From NCBI GenBank assembly GCA_951406725.2, contig OX597825.1, forward strand, positions 56,854,001 to 56,918,000: a stretch of 64,000 bases of DNA, given 5' to 3'. The notes beneath the pieces were generated by a model. That model had not been told where the DNA came from. It saw only the letters and a list, made by a program, of their open reading frames with translations, and searched no databases. Origin of the DNA: Octopus vulgaris. Its lineage: Eukaryota. Positions 58,025 to 64,000 of this stretch are shown piece by piece. Numbering within the stretch: position 1 is the first letter of the stretch; each line of letters starts with the position of its first letter. The translations under genes were made by a program, and so were the position numbers.

Positions 58025-59035
58025 ATTCTGTGCACCTTGCTTAAAGTGGACATAGTGTAAAGAAACCGCAACATTACGGTGTTCGTCCTGAGAAAGCATC
58101 TTGTATAGATGTATTATGCAAAATAACAAAAAAGTATCAATAGCAGACGAAAAGCATCCAGCAGCGGCTTTGGAATTGCTCGGTCTGGGATTTCTGCGTA
58201 ATTGCGCATCATCAGCAGCAAGTAATCACTATCACAGCATACTTATCGGTAGAAGCTTCGTTTCTACCGATATAGAGAAACAGTGGTTAACAAGTCACTG
58301 GTACTGCAAATAGCTGGTGGGCTTGGGTAAAAATTCGTTATTAATGATGATAGCAGTGTTAGTTCGGAATATCATTCTGTATATCTTACTTAATGTGGAT
58401 TTACTGATCGAAAACCAGACAAATGGGGTAATCGTCTTCAGAAAGCATCTCGTATAAACGTATAGTGCTAAAAAAAAATTACAGAATTATCATTAACGAA
58501 ATATCGTCCTGCAGGAGCAATAGAATTGGTCCGAGATTTCTGCGCTCGAGATTTCTGCGCTCGAGATTTCTGCGTATTCGCGACTTCTTGTTAGATACTG
58601 TTTATTTTCTACATGAGTAGACACGAAATTTGTCTAAGCCTGCGATGATAATGGACACTTGCTGCAGATAACAGATACATACGCAAAAATCCCGGATCTA
58701 GCTACTCCACAGTGGTGAGTGGACACTTTTTGTTTGCTACTGCTTCTTTTGTGCACTATACGACTATACGAGATGCATTTTCACGACGAATATCAGTGCT
58801 GTGGCTTTCTTACAGGAAGTTGCCATCAAGCCATATATATATCAATGTGTGCATGCATGCTGCGAATACGCAGGAATCCCGAACCTAGCAATTCCACTGC
58901 TCCTGCTGTTTGTTAATGATAATTCTGTACTTTTATAGCACTATACGTTTATACGAGATGCTTTCTAAAGACGATTACCACATTTGTCTGGCTTTCGCAC
59001 AGTAAATCCACATTAAGTAAGATATACAGAATGAT

Positions 59036-59076
<41 letters not shown>

Positions 59077-59099
59077 TATATACATATATGTGTCTGTGC

Positions 59100-59138
<39 letters not shown>

Positions 59139-59453
59139 CATACATACAGACAGACATGCATACATACATACATACATGTGTGTGTGTGTGTATAAATTCT
59201 AACGTTTTCGATAATAATTTTCGAGACAAGCAAAATTTGCCTTTACAGAAATGCTTCGATATACGAGTTAATTTGTTCCTAGAGACCGCTGATGAAGCAA
59301 AAACTCGTTAAGCAGAACAATTATTTCCCATATTAGCAATGTTATAAATCGTAATTCGATTTATTATTTACCTATAAACTTTATAATACTCGTAAATAAA
59401 TAGCAATAAAACAGCAGTAGAATGTAAAGAATATTTTATGTAATGTAAACAGA

Positions 59454-60220
59454 ATGTCAAGATCATTTATAATGAAAAAATATATAGAAGATGCACACTT
59501 TCCAATAAAGATTGTGTGGAGTGATGAGGCCACATTCAAATTACATGGTTCAATTAACAGCCACAATTGCACCTACTGGAGACCAGAAAATCCGCATGTT
59601 ATGGTGTTCCACCATGTAAATTTACCAGGATTTACAGTGTGGTGTGGCTTATCATCAAGAGGATTAATTGGACCATTCTTTTTTGATGCTACTGTGACTG
59701 GTCTCGTTTTCTTGAACTTACTACAACAGTCTGTCATACCAAGCATTAGAGAAGACTTTGAAGATGAGGAGTTTTATTTTCAGCAAGATGGGGAACACCC
59801 ACACTACCATCGCTATGTAAGATCCTTCCTTGATGAGATCCTTCCATACAGGTGGATTGGACGAAGTGATTTCGTTGAATACCCTCCGCGTTCACCAGAC
59901 CTCACACCACTAGAATTTTTTATGGGGATACCTAAAAGACAAAGTCTACGCTATGAAACCTGCAACAGTCACTGATTTGAGAGCAGCTATTGAACGAGAA
60001 TGCGCACAAATACCAAAGGAATTCTTTCGTGATGTTTGCGATTCCTTTGCTTCGCGTTGTCCGCAGTGCCTGGACCAGAACGGACGTCAGTTTGAACACA
60101 GGCATTGACAAAACAATAAAATAATGTTTGTAGATTCTATTAAATTTTGAAGATGAAATGTATTTTAATAAACACCTTCTATACAATTTCTTAAAGTGTG
60201 TATACATTTTAGGACACCCG

Positions 60221-60225
<5 letters not shown>
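59454..60225 (+). pseudogene. 5'-truncated Tc1/mariner transposase of the DD41D (rosa-like) type, with right TIR
   Basis: WSDEATF...[15 protein letters not shown]...FQQDG...RWIGR...[13 protein letters not shown]; 41 residues between the second and third catalytic positions (third is E here). Frameshift before YLKDKVY...NGRQFEH*. End ttttaggacacccgata. Confidence 0.88.
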
Positions 60226-60289
<64 letters not shown>

Positions 60290-60378
60290 AATGTACGTAT
60301 ATATATATATATATATACGTACTGAGAAACTAGCTTAGCTGAGAAACAAACTTCTCGCCATACATCCACGCCTGTGCC

Positions 60379-60418
<40 letters not shown>

Positions 60419-60762
60419 GGCACAGGCGTGAATGTATGGCGAGAAGTTTGTTTCTCAGCTACATGTTTCAGGGTTCAGTCCCATTGTGTGGAACCTTGGG
60501 CAAGCGTCTTCTGACTAAAGGTTTGTGAGTAGATTTGGGAGACGGAAACTAAAAGAAGCCCATCGTTTATAAGTTAATGAATAAATATATCCAGCAACGA
60601 AAATAAAATGAAACACAAAGGCAGAGTGACTGTGTGGTCAGAAGCTTATTTCTCAACCACATGGTTCTGGGTTCAGTCCCACTGCGTTGCACCTCGGGCT
60701 GGGCCGATCAAAGCCTTGTAAGTGGATCTAGTAGACGGAAACTGAAAGATGCTATATATATA

Positions 60763-61176
60763 GGCGTAGGAGTGGATGTGTGGTAAGTAGCTTGCTTAAA
60801 TGGTTCCGGATTCAGTCCCACTGTGTGGAACCTTGAGCAAGTGCCTTCTACTATAGTCTCGGCTTGACCAAAGCCTTGTGAGTGGATTTGGTAGATGGAA
60901 ACTGAAAGAAGTCCGTCGTATGTATGTATATGTATATATATGTGTGTGTGTGTGTATTTGTGTATCTGTGTTTGTCCCTCCAACATCGCTTGACAACCGA
61001 TGCTGGTGTTTTTACGTCCCCGTAACTTAGCGGTTCGGCAAAAGAGACCGATACAATAAGTACTAGGCTTACAAAGAATAAGACCTGGGGTCGATTTGCT
61101 CGACTAAAGGCGGTGCTCCAGCATGGCCACAGTAACATGACTGAAACAAGTAAAAGAGTAAAAAGAGTAAAAGAGA

Positions 61177-61178
<2 letters not shown>
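60763..61178 (+). mobile_element. SINE family A (full), preceded by two 5' fragments at 60419-60566 and 60620-60750
   Basis: Homologous to 3498-3930. Confidence 0.85.
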
Positions 61179-61249
<71 letters not shown>

Positions 61250-62102
61250 TATATTCACATTTATCGTTTTCTCTGCCCAAGAGCAGTTATTCTGGAAGAT
61301 TCCTCTCCTCTCAAAATGCTATTTCGTCTTGAACGACACACATCCATACCAACAACATACAAATCAATACAGAAAAGGCCATAAACCAGACCCACTTGTG
61401 TGGTTTCCTACGGTTTCAGACCCTCTACTGCCTTACCTCCTTCCTTCTTTCTAATCTCCTTCCTCTTCGCTCTATCCCCTTTCCTCACTCCAATACTCAC
61501 CCTTCCTCCATTGTTCCCCTATTCACATGTTTTTGCTCGCATTTGTCTTTCATTTTATTTTCGTTGCAGGATATATTTATTCAGTAACTTATGCACATGC
61601 GTGTCTGCGTGTGTACTTGTGTGTGTGTGTGTGTGTGTGTGTTTGAGTGTGTGTGTATGTGTGTGTGTGCATTTATGGGTGTGAGTGTTGCTACTTCAGA
61701 CCTTTAATCCAATACAGTCCTTATTAAAACAATAATCTCTCATCTTCAATCTATAACCTACATGTATACTGAATTGATTTATATATATATACGTGTGTAT
61801 ATCCTAAATGAAGATGAATTGATAATAACAGTTCGATATGTTACAAATGTTTCAATACATGCTACAAATGTTTTAATAGCATGGCAATTTATTTGCGATC
61901 AGTGTATTAAACCAGCTAAAATCGTCAGCCATTTCCTCAGGCATTTCCGAACCTTTGGAGGAAATCAACAGCAAAACAAATCGAACTCAAGAAACTATTA
62001 GAAGTACACTTTCATTACATCAAGCTTTGGAGGGGTTGAAACGGAATTCGGCCAGTGTATATGTATGTATGCGTATGCTGTGTGTGTGTATCTGTCTATC
62101 TA

Positions 62103-62144
<42 letters not shown>

Positions 62145-62238
62145 CACCCGCACATACCTTAATTTGCATATATCATATACATGCACATTATTTACATATA
62201 TGCGAGTGTGTGTTTATAGTATATGTATAGTTATGATG

Positions 62239-62334
<96 letters not shown>

Positions 62335-62337
<3 letters not shown>

Positions 62338-63715
62338 GACTTATACCCCTAACATTTCCACACTCACATTTATCCCCTTCCCCTCTTTCTATAAAGGCAC
62401 TGCAACAGTCCTTTGGTACTCTTCCAGCCATATAACAAACATTCTTAAGCCTCATTAACCATTAAATCACTGTTACTCCTCCTTTCCTTAGGCATTCCAC
62501 TGTACACCCATCTACACCTGGCGCCTTCCGGTTTGCCATCTTTCGCAGGGATTCCCTCACCTCCTCTCTACCAATTGTACTTTAGTTCCATTCCCCAACA
62601 ACAGGCATTCTCCTCTCTCATCCTACAGCCACTATACTTGCTTCCTTATCATCCGCCACATTTAACAGCTCACTAAAATTCTCTGCCCATCTCCTTCGTA
62701 CATCCTCACTTCCTTTCAACAAATTTCCATTTACATCTTTCACCCTTTTCCCCTTTTCTCCAACCACCTTTCTTACCCTTTGCACCTCTTTCCAAAACAT
62801 CTTTTTATTTCTTAGAAAATTTTCACCCAACTTTTTCCTGAACCTTTCACTCGCCTCCCATTTCGCCAACCTCACCACTCTCTTAATTCTCCTCCTAACT
62901 TCTCTGTAGCGATCATAAGCCTGACCATCCTCCTTCTGCAACCACTCTTAACTGTTCATTCTATTACTCATTACCTTTCCTCACGCCCATTCCAACCACT
63001 CGTGTACCAAATGCCTCAGAAGCACATCTCATTACAGCCTCTCTAAAAGCCTTCCACTCCCCCTTCACATCTCCTACCTCCCGTTTTTTTTACCCGTTCA
63101 TATTCACCTCTCAATTTCTCTACATACACCTGCTCTTTCTCTCTCCTATCCAGTTCACTCGCCTTCACAACCTCTCTCCTCCCTGTCACTCGTCCAGCAT
63201 TCCATTTTGACCATACCTTCAATTTACCCTGTACTAGGAAGTGATCTGACACTCCTCCACCTTCACCTCTCATTACATGCATATCCACCAACCTTCCTGC
63301 AACTCTCTTATCAATTTATATATAATCCATCAAGGTCCTACCACTACTGTTCCTCCCTCCACTCTCCACCACGTGAACTTATTCTTCTCCCACTTTTTGA
63401 AAAGGCTATTCTCCACCACCAACTCCTGCTCCATACACACTTCCAACACCTCCTTCCACTCTCATTCTGACCAGGAACTTCAAATTTTCCTACTACATTT
63501 TCTACTTCCTCATTTCTCACTCGTGCATTCAAATCACCCAACACCACCACAAACCACTTTTCCCCCCACCCTATCCATACACTCTGTCTGTTCCCTCTAG
63601 AACTCCTCTATTTCTTCTTCACTCTTTTCACTCCCTGAACCATACGTACTAAAAAAACACCCACATCTCTCCTCCTAACCTCATCTTAACCCACATTAAT
63701 CTTGAAGACACCCAC
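62335..63715 (-). pseudogene. Decayed RTE-like LINE: AP-endonuclease domain to start of RT
   Basis: Fragments SSRLMWVKM, GDLNARV, SDHFLV, NKKMFWKEV, KAPGVDG and CGNVRGISLL, with stops and frameshifts. Confidence 0.85.
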
Positions 63716-63799
63716 GCACATTCCATGGCCCTAGTACTAGGATGAGATTTGGTGTTAACCTTCTCCCTTGTCTTTTTCTTGCTGTCTGTTTAGGAATAT

Positions 63800-64000
63800 A
63801 GATTTACTAGGATAGACGAATATTGAGGTGGTTTGGCCACATGGAGAGGATAGGTGAGGAGCAGGTGGTAAGGATGAAAGCTGAAGTGGTATGCTGCAGA
63901 ACCAGAGGCAGACCTCGGTTTGTGTGGATGGAGTGAGTAAAGCTTTGGTGGTTAGAGGTGTTGGAGTGAGGGAGACAATAGAGTTTATAAATGATAGGAA
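63800..64000 (+). pseudogene. 3' fragment of an RTE-like LINE ORF in the opposite orientation
   Basis: LRWFGHMERIGEEQVVR and RGRPRFVWME motifs. Confidence 0.65.

Noticed and set aside
59454-59975. Active or domesticated transposase gene
   Set aside because: It lacks the N-terminal DNA-binding region, has altered catalytic-region residues and a frameshift; treated as a remnant.

Overview
AT-rich, microsatellite-dense animal genomic DNA. The SINE, MITE and repeat repertoire looks like a cephalopod, probably Octopus (inference). The window is mostly intron of one large minus-strand gene, which the ORF track largely misses. I reconstructed four coding exons by reading splice sites (42169-42125, 31507-31398, 11713-11575, 2510-2111). 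They have consistent phases and splice into a continuous divergent nicotinic acetylcholine receptor-like (Cys-loop) alpha-type subunit, from loop D to the M2-M3 linker. There is also a probable signal-peptide exon (53453-53387). The N-terminal helix exon was not found, and TM3/TM4 must lie left of the window. The introns hold decayed DNA transposons (Tc1/mariner, pogo, hAT-like, Helitron-like), LINE remnants, many tRNA-like SINEs, an 18S rRNA pseudogene fragment and a 2.4 kb 32/33-bp minisatellite. The most unusual signals are: (i) several minimal type-I hammerhead-ribozyme-like motifs from different repeat families, with covarying stems and a recurrent CCGAnGA core variant, one apparently intact at 52995-53040; (ii) many long inverted repeats that would form dsRNA in the receptor pre-mRNA; (iii) hairpin duplications centred on (TA)n tracts. 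Nearly all listed ORFs are microsatellite artefacts.
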